Position numbers and translations under genes: made by a program. A stretch of 62,803 bases of DNA from a virus. Taxonomy: Duplodnaviria > Caudoviricetes. This document shows positions 44,791-55,588 of this stretch, piece by piece. The stretch lies in the IMG/VR virus record IMGVR_UViG_3300030106_006483, positions 1 to 62,803 of that record. One strand, 5' to 3'. Numbering within the stretch: position 1 is the first letter of the stretch; each line of letters starts with the position of its first letter. The notes beneath the pieces were generated by a model, which saw only the letters and a program-made list of their open reading frames with translations, made no database searches and was not told the DNA's origin.

Positions 44791-47700
44791 ATGGCAGATC
44801 AAAACACATTTCCCAATAGCGAACTAGAAAACGAAAATAAGAAAATTGAGAAAAAAATTTTCGATATCAATGCTATTATTAAAAAAAGATTAGAAGAAAA
44901 TAAAAACAGTGACAACGCGGTTGATATTAATAAACTTATAGAGGAAAGATTAAAAGGAAACACTTCCGATACTGAAGCCTCAGACGTTAATAAAAAAATT
45001 TCTGAAAGATTAGGTATAGACGTTTCGACCTTAGGGAAAACTAATGACATTATCTCCGACGAAGATCGTTCTTATGTAAACACTTTAGGAACGAAAGATC
45101 ATGAAAAAGTTTTATTATACCTAGATATTTTTAGAGACAATCCTGAGATTGTAACAGACTATTTACAAACTATTAAAAAATGGGGATCAGAAAAAGCTGC
45201 TAAAGAAGCAGGTTCCGATAGCCTATTGCTTTATCCTAAAAAGATAAGCAAAGTAATTAAAGAAAACCCCGAACAATTTACAGAAGCAAGCGCAAAAAGA
45301 TTTAGTTTTTATAATGATTTAGGCGAGCATCTTTATAATATTCAAATAAGAGAAGACCAATGGGGAAGAAAATATCAAAAAGAATGGCTTGGTAAAAAAC
45401 GAACTAAAGCTGGACTAGCAGTTGCAGAAGCGCTCGGAGATAGTGCGAGAGGTCTAACACTAACTCTTTCTGGTCTTATTGATAGGGTGGGACCTGAGAA
45501 TGCAGTCAGCGCTGTTGAGTGGATAGAAGCGAACTGGCCTAAAGCAGACGATATTAAATATCCAAATAAACTTTCACCTTTTGCACAAGAAAGTCTGTTT
45601 GCAGACTTAGTACAAGGGTTAGCTCAGTTTGGAATAGATGTTTATCTCGGGGGGAGAATACTTAAAGCATTTAAATGGAGTATTGGAAAAGTTGCCCCGG
45701 GATGGGTTAGCCAAACTACTAAAGAACTTTCAAAGAAAAAACCTAAACTAGATAAATACGGAAAAGAAATAGCCGATGAGTTTGGTAATATTAAATACGC
45801 TTCAAGCATTGCACAGAGGATGGGTTTCTGGGGATTACCTGTTAAGTATGGAATAGGATCAGCACTTACTGATGACCGTCCTCAAGATATGTTAATTAGT
45901 GAAGTAGCTACTCAGGCTGCTCATCAATATGGTCTTACTGAAGAAAATTTAATTCCTTTAAAAGATAAAGAGTGGTACGAAAAACTTACTAAAAAAGAAA
46001 AAGCTTCTTATATTTTAAAAAGAAAATTACTTCATGGAGTAGAAGGTGTTGCTTTATTTGCAGGGTTAACTAAAGCAATTCCTATAGCCGGTAAAGGTAT
46101 ATGGGGAACAACGAAATGGGTGGGTAGAGGAGTGTCAAAGCCAGTTAGCATAGTAATGAATCCTATATCTCAAATAATGGCAAGTAGAAAAACAGGACTT
46201 CCCCAACTTGTAAAAGGAATTAGAAATGCTGGAGGATTTATTGGAAGTAAGGTTTTAAAAATTCCTCCTTATAAAAACTGGGCATTTTTTTCTACTAGCA
46301 TGGGACCATGGAGAGAAAGATTAGCAGCCACAATTGAAGAAAAAATTCTTCCTAGTTTAAGAGTGAGAGGTCCTTGGACTAAAGAAGCATCTCAAATACT
46401 TCAAAAAGGTGACGAGATGGTAAGAAGATATAAAAGAGAAGTGGGACTTCTAATAGGCCAAATAGATAGAGCTGTTTATACTATGCTAAACAAAGGATTA
46501 GCTAATAGAATTATGACTACATCCAGCTCTCAAAGTGGAAAACAATATTGGGATGATGTCATTGCTTATCTTAGAGGAGATATAAAACTTGAGGCTTTAC
46601 CAGCAGTTCTAAGACAACCAGCTAAAGATATTCAAAAGTTAATAGAAAAATTAAGTCAAAAAATTAAACCGTTTGTAAAGAACCAAGAAATTAAAAAAGA
46701 AATTGTAGATGGAATGGGAAAATATTTAACTACTTCTTACAAAATATTTCAAGGAACTTTTAAACCTAATAAAGCTGAGATAGAAGCAGCTCAAAAATAC
46801 TTTGTAGACTTAATTAAAAGAACAGACCCTGCATTTAAAAATGTTAGAGCCGGATCTAAGAAATGGAGTTTATTAAATAGACTAGCTTCTCAAAAAGTAG
46901 ATGATATTTTACAATTTGGTAAAGAAGGAAGTAGTCCTATTGGAAGATTAAATGAAATTAAAAAATTAGTTAGTCCCGATGGAATTTTAAAACCAAAACA
47001 ACAACTTCCAAAAGTAATTGAAGATTTAATGGGTAAAGTTGATGATGGCACTGCCATTATTATGGACACCGTATCCTCTCAAGCCGAACTGTTATCACAC
47101 TTATTTGTTCACAAAAGTATTTTAAGAGAAGGTTTAAAATCAGGGTGGATTGTAACGGACCCTAAAAAATTTGCTATAGAAGGAGTTCAAGAATGGGTAG
47201 CTAAATCTTTAGTTCCTATTTCACAAATAGCTCGAACCTCTAATATTGATATAGCAAAAATATATGCTCATAAAGGTGGCAACTACTACACAACTACAGC
47301 TATTGCTAATGCAATTAGAACGGACGCATTGGCTTCTGATGCAGTATTACAATGGTGGTGGTACCAACCATTCCTAGCCGCGAAGACTGCTTCTCAATTA
47401 AGTAAAACAGTTTTATCTTTAATGACTCAATCAAGGAACTTTGAAACAGCCATGTTCTTTTCTATTATGCAAGGACATATTGGTCCGCAAGCGAGTGTAA
47501 TGGAAGCAATGAAATTTGTTTTTGGAGATGTAGTAGGATCAGGAAAAGTTAATCCTCTTGCTATGAGAAAAAAATTAACCGAATGGACTGAGGTTGGAAT
47601 TTTAGATACTTCTATTGTGGCAGGAGAAATGGAAGCAGTCATAGGGGACATAGTTAAAGGACGATTTGCTAACACGGGTCAGTTGTTTAAATATTTATTA

Positions 47701-49650
47701 AAAAATCCTATCTTTAGAAAAGCTACAGAGTTTTATCAAGGTTCAGACAGTGTATGGAAAGCTTACGGCTATGAGTTTACAAAATCTCAATTGCTGGCAG
47801 CTATTCCTATTAGAGGATTAACTGTAGCAAATGCTAAACGTCTAGGTTTTATTGTAGATAAAGGTAGAACCGTCCCTTACAATTGGAAAGACCTAGTCTC
47901 TACTCAAATGAGAGAAATTTTTGGTATGAAATGGAACCCTTTAAGAATTGATGGAACTGAAAAAACATATGGGGATGCTTTAAAAGAAATTGCAGGGAAA
48001 TATATTAAAGATGTTTATCCTAACTATAATATTGTACCCACGTTAGTTAAAAACTGGAGACGTTTTCCACTAGGAAATTTCATAGCGTTTAGATCAGAAA
48101 ACATTAGAAATACCTTCAATACTATGGCCTATGCTATGAGAGAAATGAGTTCAAGTAACCCTTTCCTAAGACAAATGGGTGCTAAAAGATTAATGGGATT
48201 ATCAGCTACGTTTTATGGTATTGAAAAAGGATTAAGTTTATTTACCAGTACGCTTACGGGTCTTGATGAAGAGTGGATGGGAAAATATAAAAGATGGTTT
48301 GTTCCTTACTACGATAAGACGTCAACCTTATTTGCAGTCAGTAAACCAGATAAAGACTTTAAATTTTGGACTTTAAACTGGACCAGAGAAAACCCTTATG
48401 AAGGAATGCAAGATGCTTTTGCAGTAATGTTTACCGAACTATTTAACCCTGTAAATGATGACTGGGGTATGGGAAAAAGATTTTACAATGCATTCTTCTA
48501 CAACGTAGAAGAAGATACTCCAGGATCTATCTACTTAATGTTTGAACCTTTTATAACTCCAGGTTTATTTTTCAAAGCAGTTGTGGACATCGCTCCAGCG
48601 GAATGGACAGGAGGACTGGGAAAGAATGGAGTTACAGACACTGGAAAAGTTATATACGATATAAGAAATGATTCTCCAGGAGAAATTTTAGCTAAAATCT
48701 ATGGCCATATATGGGAGGATCTTGAGCCAACTACAGCTAAGAACGCAGGTGAAGTATTAGGGGCAGCTGAAGGAGAACTAACTAGGTCAGGTAAAGAAAT
48801 TAACACTATCAACAAACTTTTTAAAACAGTTCTTGGAATAGGTCTCGAGAAACAAGATCCTAAGGCAGGTATTACATATGTTATAAGTCAATTTACTGAC
48901 AGAATTACTTCAACACAGACAGATTTTATTAGAGAAGCAACAAATATTAATCAACTTCTTTTGGATCCATTTTTATTTCCTAAAAAATTTGAAGAGCTTC
49001 AGCAAAATAGATACCGAGAGTATAGTAGACTGTATGATTTTATAACATTTTTAAAAGATGATTTAAAAATGACTAACGCCGAGATTTGGGCACAGGTTAA
49101 GAATAGAAAAGGATTTTCAAGACAGACTCTTAACCTAATGTATCAAGGAGTATTTGATCCAGCTAACCTACCACCTTTTGAATATACATCTATCTTCCCA
49201 GGTATATTAAGAAGAATAAACAATACGGATCGTTATAAAGATAATCAATTAGAGTTAAGAGATATTTATGACATTGAAAAAATAAGAGACATTAAAAGAA
49301 AATGGTTAAGAGTTCCACTTGGATTAAGTGACTCTGAATTACAAGAATATTTTATTACAGGTAAAGATCCTAGAGTAGAAGAAGAAGACAAAGAAGTAGA
49401 AGATGACAAAACATCTATGGTGTTACCAAATATTACAGAACAACAACCTAAAAAAATAGTGAGTAGACAGCTCCCTCAAATAGTTCCTAATCAGACACTA
49501 AAAACAACAGAAGTAGCAGACAATGTATTACAAGCTTCTGCTCAACCAGTTAATGTTGATCAAAAAACTGGCTTGACAAGAGTAGAGGATGCATTACTAT
49601 CTAACGAAGAAAAAGCTATTAAGCTTAGAAACAAAGGAGTGAGGGTATAA
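44791..49650 (+). CDS. large internal virion (ejectosome-like) protein
   Basis: 1619 aa at end of virion module; PNY..VP..VK..RR.PLGNFIAF. Confidence 0.6.
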   Translation: MADQNTFPNSELENENKKIEKKIFDINAIIKKRLEENKNSDNAVDINKLIEERLKGNTSDTEASDVNKKISERLGIDVSTLGKTNDIISDEDRSYVNTLGTKDHEKVLLYLDIFRDNPEIVTDYLQTIKKWGSEKAAKEAGSDSLLLYPKKISKVIKENPEQFTEASAKRFSFYNDLGEHLYNIQIREDQWGRKYQKEWLGKKRTKAGLAVAEALGDSARGLTLTLSGLIDRVGPENAVSAVEWIEANWPKADDIKYPNKLSPFAQESLFADLVQGLAQFGIDVYLGGRILKAFKWSIGKVAPGWVSQTTKELSKKKPKLDKYGKEIADEFGNIKYASSIAQRMGFWGLPVKYGIGSALTDDRPQDMLISEVATQAAHQYGLTEENLIPLKDKEWYEKLTKKEKASYILKRKLLHGVEGVALFAGLTKAIPIAGKGIWGTTKWVGRGVSKPVSIVMNPISQIMASRKTGLPQLVKGIRNAGGFIGSKVLKIPPYKNWAFFSTSMGPWRERLAATIEEKILPSLRVRGPWTKEASQILQKGDEMVRRYKREVGLLIGQIDRAVYTMLNKGLANRIMTTSSSQSGKQYWDDVIAYLRGDIKLEALPAVLRQPAKDIQKLIEKLSQKIKPFVKNQEIKKEIVDGMGKYLTTSYKIFQGTFKPNKAEIEAAQKYFVDLIKRTDPAFKNVRAGSKKWSLLNRLASQKVDDILQFGKEGSSPIGRLNEIKKLVSPDGILKPKQQLPKVIEDLMGKVDDGTAIIMDTVSSQAELLSHLFVHKSILREGLKSGWIVTDPKKFAIEGVQEWVAKSLVPISQIARTSNIDIAKIYAHKGGNYYTTTAIANAIRTDALASDAVLQWWWYQPFLAAKTASQLSKTVLSLMTQSRNFETAMFFSIMQGHIGPQASVMEAMKFVFGDVVGSGKVNPLAMRKKLTEWTEVGILDTSIVAGEMEAVIGDIVKGRFANTGQLFKYLLKNPIFRKATEFYQGSDSVWKAYGYEFTKSQLLAAIPIRGLTVANAKRLGFIVDKGRTVPYNWKDLVSTQMREIFGMKWNPLRIDGTEKTYGDALKEIAGKYIKDVYPNYNIVPTLVKNWRRFPLGNFIAFRSENIRNTFNTMAYAMREMSSSNPFLRQMGAKRLMGLSATFYGIEKGLSLFTSTLTGLDEEWMGKYKRWFVPYYDKTSTLFAVSKPDKDFKFWTLNWTRENPYEGMQDAFAVMFTELFNPVNDDWGMGKRFYNAFFYNVEEDTPGSIYLMFEPFITPGLFFKAVVDIAPAEWTGGLGKNGVTDTGKVIYDIRNDSPGEILAKIYGHIWEDLEPTTAKNAGEVLGAAEGELTRSGKEINTINKLFKTVLGIGLEKQDPKAGITYVISQFTDRITSTQTDFIREATNINQLLLDPFLFPKKFEELQQNRYREYSRLYDFITFLKDDLKMTNAEIWAQVKNRKGFSRQTLNLMYQGVFDPANLPPFEYTSIFPGILRRINNTDRYKDNQLELRDIYDIEKIRDIKRKWLRVPLGLSDSELQEYFITGKDPRVEEEDKEVEDDKTSMVLPNITEQQPKKIVSRQLPQIVPNQTLKTTEVADNVLQASAQPVNVDQKTGLTRVEDALLSNEEKAIKLRNKGVRV

Positions 49651-49841
49651 TGGCTAAAGATAACGCATTACAAAGAATAGATTCCCATGAGAAGTTATGT
49701 AGAATTATGCAAAAGCAAACTCATGAAAGAATTTCTAGAATAAAAAAACAAATCGATAGAATTGAAAGTATTCTATTAGTGTCTGTAGGTGCATTGATTA
49801 CAGGCATGGCTTATGTTATCTTCGCATTAATTCCACAATAA
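49650..49841 (+). CDS. small coiled-coil plus TM protein (XhlA/holin-like)
   Basis: HEKLC...RIE then hydrophobic C-terminus; upstream of endolysin. Confidence 0.5.
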   Translation: MAKDNALQRIDSHEKLCRIMQKQTHERISRIKKQIDRIESILLVSVGALITGMAYVIFALIPQ

Positions 49842-49845
49842 AATC

Positions 49846-50340
49846 ATGAAACTTTCCAAAAATTTTAGCTTGGCAGAGCTTACTAAATCGCAAACAGCCG
49901 AACGTATGGGCTTGGACAATAACCCTAATGAAGATGAAACAGAAAACTTAAGATTGCTCTGTGAGAGGGTCCTACAGCCCGTTAGGGACCATTTTGACGA
50001 CGTAGTTACCATCAGCTCGGGCTATCGAAACGAAATTTTAAGCCAAAAAATAGGCAGCTCAAGCAAGAGCCAACATTGCAAGGGGATGGCGGCGGATTTT
50101 GAGATCTTTGGTGTTGATAATAATAAGGTCAGCGATTGGATCAAAGAGAACCTTATGTTTGACCAGCTGATCCTTGAGTACTATGAACCGGGCCAACCAA
50201 ACTCAGGCTGGATCCACGTGTCCTATAATAGAGATGTTAATCTGAACCGAAAAGAATATCTCATGGCTGTCAAAAATAGTTCTGGCAAAACGGAGTATAA
50301 ACCTATACTAGGTCTGTCTACGGACAGATATGCAAAATAG
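49846..50340 (+). CDS. endolysin, peptidase M15A
   Basis: LSKNFSLAEL, SSGYR, SQHCKGMAAD, WIHVSY. Confidence 0.85.
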   Translation: MKLSKNFSLAELTKSQTAERMGLDNNPNEDETENLRLLCERVLQPVRDHFDDVVTISSGYRNEILSQKIGSSSKSQHCKGMAADFEIFGVDNNKVSDWIKENLMFDQLILEYYEPGQPNSGWIHVSYNRDVNLNRKEYLMAVKNSSGKTEYKPILGLSTDRYAK

Positions 50341-50716
50341 GTTATTAGTACATAAACATTTAATTATAAGAGCAGAAGCAATAAAGCCCCCTGTGGACGA
50401 AAAGCTATTAAAAGAATGGTTTCTGGAGTTTGTTAAAGCTATCAACATGAAACTATTCATGGGGCCTTATGTAAAGTACTGTGAAATGAAAGGTAATAGA
50501 GGTATTACAGCTGTTGCCATTATAGAAACTTCACATATAGCAATGCATATATGGGATGAAGTAAGCCCTGCTTTAATGCAGTTTGATGTCTATTCTTGTG
50601 GTGATTTAAATGTTGAGGATATCTGTAGGAAAATTGAAAACGATTTTGAAATCCGGAAAATGGAGTTTAAATTTTTGAACCGCGAGGCCGGCCTTCAAGA
50701 AATTTCTAAAAAATAA
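50330..50716 (+). CDS. speD: pyruvoyl-dependent AdoMetDC/SpeD-family decarboxylase
   Basis: GITAVAIIETSHIAMHIWDE, FDVYSCG. Confidence 0.8.
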   Translation: MQNRLLVHKHLIIRAEAIKPPVDEKLLKEWFLEFVKAINMKLFMGPYVKYCEMKGNRGITAVAIIETSHIAMHIWDEVSPALMQFDVYSCGDLNVEDICRKIENDFEIRKMEFKFLNREAGLQEISKK

Positions 50717-50752
50717 AATTCCAGCGCGCCCACACGTATATCCTACATTTTC

Positions 50753-52183
50753 TTATATCCATTCTTTTAATTGTTCCCCTAATATCTCTGATGCTATATT
50801 TATTTTTTTACGTAAAGCTTTAACTATTCTTTCATCAACTGTATCTTCACATATAATATCTATATACGTCATAGGTTTTTCTTGTCCTATTCGGTCAATT
50901 CTCGCTTCTGACTGTTGACGCTTCTCTAGGTCATATCCGTTAGAATAGTAAATCATGGTGTTTGCAGCCGTCAAAGTTATCCCATAGCCGCCCGTAGAAG
51001 GGGTTCCAACAAGAAACCGGCACTTAGGGTCGGACTGAAATTTCTTGATATTATCTTGTCTGTCTTCATTTGGGGTTTTACCATAATAGTCCACAACCGA
51101 GTCATCACCATATTCTTTTTTAATTGAGTCAATAATTGTTTGGACGTCATATTGGTAATGGGCCCATATAACAGCCTTACCCTCTACTTCATCCAATAAT
51201 TCTAGTAATTCATTTAATCTATTATTTTTAACGAGCTGTGTAGAGCCATCGTCGGCTTTAAAATGTCCACACGTAATTTGATGCAATCGCATTAACTGAG
51301 TTAATGCACTAGCCGTAGTAATAACTTTACCATTCAATTGAGCCAAAGCCATTTGTTTCATTTGTTTATAGACTTTATCTTGTTCTGCGCTTAGACTAAT
51401 AACCCTTTTCATAAAAGTTTTTTTAGGTAAATCTAAGCAATCGTCTTTTAATACTCTATAGGAAAAAGGTTTTAATTTATCGGAAAGCTCTCCTAAATTT
51501 TTATAACCTACTACAATCTCTACGGATCTCCCATTAAAATGAGCTTTACGCATAATGGCATATCGAGTTCTAAAAGTATAATAAGAAGAGTGGTCTAATA
51601 AGTATTCATCTAAGAATTCACATTGTTTAAAAAGATCTAATGGGGATTTAGTTACAGGAGAACCTGTCATTATCCTACGAAATTTTGCGTATTTACCAAG
51701 TCCTACAATATTTTTTGTTCGTTTGGCCCCGGGATTTTTAATCGTTGTGGATTCATCAATTGCCATAAAAGTATTATGGCAATTTAAAAATTTACCAGCA
51801 AATTCTACACCTTTTTGAGTACTAAAAGCTTCCACATTCATAATAAGGATATGAAGATCTTCACCAGGTTCAAATAAAGTGTCTAATAATTTTTGTTGTT
51901 TTTTATTAATAGTCGCTTGCCATAGAACTGTTCTATGTTCTACATGTTTTGCTAAGTGAGTGGGAAGCTCTTCGGAATACCAGTTTTTATAAACACCTTT
52001 AGGTGCTATAATTAAAGCACCGTTAATTTTACCTTTATCATAAAGCATAGAGATATTATCAATGGCTACTTTAGTTTTACCAGTTCCCATTTCCATAAAA
52101 TAGGCAAATACTTTTTTATCCCATGAAAGCTCTAAAGCTTTTAATTGATGGGCATACGGTTTTGTTTTAAATTTATATTTCAT
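50753..52183 (-). CDS. SNF2-family (SF2) helicase
   Basis: MEMGTGKT, DEST, TGSP, GITLT, QSEARIDRIGQ. Confidence 0.9.
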   Translation of the reverse strand: MKYKFKTKPYAHQLKALELSWDKKVFAYFMEMGTGKTKVAIDNISMLYDKGKINGALIIAPKGVYKNWYSEELPTHLAKHVEHRTVLWQATINKKQQKLLDTLFEPGEDLHILIMNVEAFSTQKGVEFAGKFLNCHNTFMAIDESTTIKNPGAKRTKNIVGLGKYAKFRRIMTGSPVTKSPLDLFKQCEFLDEYLLDHSSYYTFRTRYAIMRKAHFNGRSVEIVVGYKNLGELSDKLKPFSYRVLKDDCLDLPKKTFMKRVISLSAEQDKVYKQMKQMALAQLNGKVITTASALTQLMRLHQITCGHFKADDGSTQLVKNNRLNELLELLDEVEGKAVIWAHYQYDVQTIIDSIKKEYGDDSVVDYYGKTPNEDRQDNIKKFQSDPKCRFLVGTPSTGGYGITLTAANTMIYYSNGYDLEKRQQSEARIDRIGQEKPMTYIDIICEDTVDERIVKALRKKINIASEILGEQLKEWI

Positions 52184-52201
52184 AATTTATTCTTCTTTCT
52201 A

Positions 52202-52237
52202 TTGACAAGCTCTATATTATAAAGTAGACAATGTCAA
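52202..52237. promoter_or_regulatory. divergent promoter region with inverted TTGACA boxes
   Basis: TTGACA 52202-07 and TGTCAA 52232-37; -10 boxes weak. Confidence 0.45.
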
Positions 52238-52614
52238 TGAAAGAAAATATTGAGGATAAAGAACCTATAGTATATGTACTCCAGGAAGTACCAGGAACCC
52301 GAGCAGGGCGACCTAAATTTAATATTATAGGGGCTCAAAAATATGGTAAACTTAAAGTTCTTTTAAGAGAAGATAGTCAAGTTGTAATGAGTCCTGGTCC
52401 TATTAAACATAAACTGGAGAGACTTTTAAAAGATTTTTCTGATAAAGATTATTTATTATTATCAGGAGACCCACAAATAATTTTTATGGTTGGAGCTGTT
52501 ATTGCAAAAGTAAATAATGGTAGAGCCAAAAGTTTAAAATGGGATAGACAAGAGCAAACCTATTATCCTCTTGAGTTTGATTTATACGAGAAAGGAGAAA
52601 TAGATGTCGATTAA
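52231..52614 (+). CDS. conserved phage hypothetical protein
   Basis: VYVLQE...GAQKYG...DYLLLSGDP...LKWDRQ. Confidence 0.7.
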   Translation: MSMKENIEDKEPIVYVLQEVPGTRAGRPKFNIIGAQKYGKLKVLLREDSQVVMSPGPIKHKLERLLKDFSDKDYLLLSGDPQIIFMVGAVIAKVNNGRAKSLKWDRQEQTYYPLEFDLYEKGEIDVD

Positions 52615-53194
52615 ACAAACAATAAAGTTCAAAGAAGAGAACTTAGAAAAAATGTTTGTGGAGGATGCTCCACAACAAGTTGATGAACTTGAAAATGTTA
52701 GAAGTCTTTCTAACTATGTAATAGATCTTCAACGTTTAGAAAACGAAATAGAAACTGCAGAGGCAAATTTAAAAATGAAAAAAGAAAGAGCTGATAAAAT
52801 TTCTGCAGAAGTGATTCCTGAAATAATGGAACAAATGAAACTAAAAACTCTTAAACTTCAAGATGGTTCTGCCATAGAAGTTAAAGAAGTTTATAGCGCA
52901 ACTATTCCTGTTGCAAATAGGGAGGGCGCTTTTAAATGGCTTCGAGATAACGACCTGGGTGATCTTATTAAAAATGAGATTACTGTTTCCTTTGGTCGTG
53001 GCGAAGATAACAAGGCGAACGATTACGCTAGCCTTGCTGAGAAGAATGGGTATCAACCTACACAAAAGTTGAAGGTAGAACCAATGACTCTCAAAGCACT
53101 GTACAGAGAGCGAGTTGAAGCAAAGCAAGACTTGCCTTCTGAACATTTTAATCTGTTTAAGGGAAACAAAACAAAAATAACAAGGAGCAAATAA
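52604..53194 (+). CDS. conserved replication-module protein
   Basis: AFKWLRDNDLGDLIKN, VEPMTLKA. Confidence 0.7.
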   Translation: MSIKQTIKFKEENLEKMFVEDAPQQVDELENVRSLSNYVIDLQRLENEIETAEANLKMKKERADKISAEVIPEIMEQMKLKTLKLQDGSAIEVKEVYSATIPVANREGAFKWLRDNDLGDLIKNEITVSFGRGEDNKANDYASLAEKNGYQPTQKLKVEPMTLKALYRERVEAKQDLPSEHFNLFKGNKTKITRSK

Positions 53195-53195
53195 C

Positions 53196-53954
53196 ATGTC
53201 ACAAGAGACAAGCGACCTAACGGTCAAAAAAGAAGGTAACTTACCAGCGGAAATGAATTTCGTTCAAGATGCTGGAGCTGGACTTGAGAATATAGATAAA
53301 GACGATATGGCTTTACCATTTCTTAAGTTATTACAAACAAGTTCGGATGAAACTAAAAAGAAACATGCGAACTATGTTGAAGGAGCAGAAGCTGGAATGT
53401 TTTATAATACGGTTACAAAAAAACTGTATAATGGTGAGAAAGGTATTGAAGTAATACCTGTTTTCTACAAGTTAACATTTCCAGAGTGGGCACCTTTCGA
53501 ACGTAAGGAAGGTAGACCAATTAGCCCTGATAGAGGTCCAGAAATTTTAGCTAAAACTAAAAAGAACTCTTCAGGAAAAGATTGTTTAGATAATGGTAAT
53601 GAAATTATCAAAACAGCTAATCATTTTGTTATCATCAATGGAGAAAAACCAGAAAAAGCTTTAATGGCTATGAAATCTACTCAGTTAAAAGTGAGTAGAG
53701 GCTGGAACTCATTGATGCAAGATCAATTTGAAACTGATCCTAAAACAAATAAAAATGTACCAGCACCGATGTTTTCTAGAATTTATACTTTAAAGTCTGT
53801 TGAAAACACAGGTAGTTTTACTTGGCACGGATACAGAGTATCTTTGGCAAGGAAAGTGGATAATGCATCGCTATATCAAATGGCGAAAGAATTCCATAAT
53901 TCTTTAAAGAAAAGTAACGCTGCAGCTGACGCACAAGAAGAATCTAATTATTAG
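53196..53954 (+). CDS. putative single-stranded DNA-binding protein
   Basis: AGAGLEN...LPFLKLLQ, MKSTQLKVSR.WN; acidic tip; position in replication module. Confidence 0.55.
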   Translation: MSQETSDLTVKKEGNLPAEMNFVQDAGAGLENIDKDDMALPFLKLLQTSSDETKKKHANYVEGAEAGMFYNTVTKKLYNGEKGIEVIPVFYKLTFPEWAPFERKEGRPISPDRGPEILAKTKKNSSGKDCLDNGNEIIKTANHFVIINGEKPEKALMAMKSTQLKVSRGWNSLMQDQFETDPKTNKNVPAPMFSRIYTLKSVENTGSFTWHGYRVSLARKVDNASLYQMAKEFHNSLKKSNAAADAQEESNY

Positions 53955-54002
53955 ATTCCTCTAACGAGGATAGGGGCAGTGAAGCGAGAGTGGACCTGCC
54001 CC
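53940..54002 (+). promoter_or_regulatory. hairpin cluster in primase leader
   Basis: GAATCTAAT-T-ATTAGATTC; TCCTC-TAAC-GAGGA; GGGGCAG...GC-GAGA-GT...CTGCCCC. Confidence 0.45.
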
Positions 54003-54016
54003 GACCCGGGATCATT

Positions 54017-55588
54017 ATGGAAAATGAATTTATAGAACTATTTACTGGTTATCAGGGAGATTTTGGCATAGCTGACATGTCAAGGACTTCGATTGACTCA
54101 GACAAAAATAAAATTAAACCGAATTATGAATGGGCCGGTCGTCCCCTTACAATAGCCGACTACAAAGATCACTTACTTGGTAAAATTTCAATTGGGATTC
54201 AACCATGCAGACTAAATAAAACAGCACAGTTTGGATGTATTGATATTGATCCGCCAAATTACGGCGAATTTAAAATAGAAAAATATTTAGGACTATTTCA
54301 ACAATTTAAATTACCTTTAGTACCTATCTTATCTAAAAGCGGAGGACTACATTGTTATTTGTTTTTAAAAGAACCAATACCGGCTATCGATTTAATCGAT
54401 GGTTTAAAAGCTTTTCTGCTCCCATTAGGATTAAAACCTACCACAGAAATTTTTCCTAAACAGAAAGAACTAAAAGAAGATGAAAAAGGAGATATTAAAC
54501 CAGGAAACTTTATTAACCTACCTTACTATAATAATGGAGACACTAATCGCTACGCAATAGATAAGAATAATTCTAAACTCGATATTCACCAATTTCTTAA
54601 AACTGCACAAGAATCTAAAATTAGTAAAGAAGAATTAGATAATCTTGTTGAACAGACACATCATAATATTTTATTAGGCACAGATCCAGAATTTTCAGAC
54701 GGACCTCCATGTTTAGCTCTATGTTCTAAACATAAATTAGAAGATGGAAGAGATAGATTTATGTATAATTATATGGTCTTTGCTAAGAAAAAATACAAAG
54801 AACAGTGGCCTGATCAAGTTTCAAAAGCAAACTATAGCTACTTACAAACCCCGTGGGACAAAGCTAAATTAGATACTAAAATTAAAGCATGGAAAGGAGA
54901 GACAGCAGGACATACATGCTACGAAGAACCTATTAAAGATAAATGTATGCGGAGCCTTTGCTACAAAAAACCTTTTGGGATAGCCTCTGATACTATCTCC
55001 GTCTTTCCTAGTATAACTAATTTTCAAATTATTAAGTACATCGAACCTGAATACAGATTTAATGTTGTTATGCCTAACGACGATAAAATAGAAGTAATTG
55101 TGGCTAACACTAAATTAATGACAACTCAAAAAGAAGTTTTAAATTTAATTTGGGAACAAACCGGTGTTTATTTTGAACCTTTAAAACCAAAAGATTATAG
55201 AGCAAAATTAAATGAATGGAGAGGACCTGGGTGCACCGTTATTAAACCACCTGCGGGAACTCAAATTGGAGATAGATTAAAAGATGAACTCTATCAATAC
55301 TGTGTGAATGGTCCCCAAGCTAAACAAAGAACACAAATTAAAAACGGTGCATGTTGGACCGAAGAAGGATTTCATTTTTTTAAGTTTAGATCTTTTATTG
55401 AACACTTAGGAAACAGTTGGAAGATATCCGAAGAACGAATTGCACGACAGTTAGAAAAAGACTGCAAAGTTGAATTTAATCATTCTTTAAATGTTGATGG
55501 CAAGACATTAAAAGTTTGCCGTGTTCCACAGCTCCACGTGGATCAGATAGCTTATAAACCTGTGGAGAGAAAAGAGAATAACTACTAA
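54017..55588 (+). CDS. AEP-superfamily primase-like protein
   Basis: GCIDID, SKSGGLH, EIFPKQ, GNFINLPY, GPPCL; ATG 54017 preferred. Confidence 0.75.
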   Translation: MENEFIELFTGYQGDFGIADMSRTSIDSDKNKIKPNYEWAGRPLTIADYKDHLLGKISIGIQPCRLNKTAQFGCIDIDPPNYGEFKIEKYLGLFQQFKLPLVPILSKSGGLHCYLFLKEPIPAIDLIDGLKAFLLPLGLKPTTEIFPKQKELKEDEKGDIKPGNFINLPYYNNGDTNRYAIDKNNSKLDIHQFLKTAQESKISKEELDNLVEQTHHNILLGTDPEFSDGPPCLALCSKHKLEDGRDRFMYNYMVFAKKKYKEQWPDQVSKANYSYLQTPWDKAKLDTKIKAWKGETAGHTCYEEPIKDKCMRSLCYKKPFGIASDTISVFPSITNFQIIKYIEPEYRFNVVMPNDDKIEVIVANTKLMTTQKEVLNLIWEQTGVYFEPLKPKDYRAKLNEWRGPGCTVIKPPAGTQIGDRLKDELYQYCVNGPQAKQRTQIKNGACWTEEGFHFFKFRSFIEHLGNSWKISEERIARQLEKDCKVEFNHSLNVDGKTLKVCRVPQLHVDQIAYKPVERKENNY

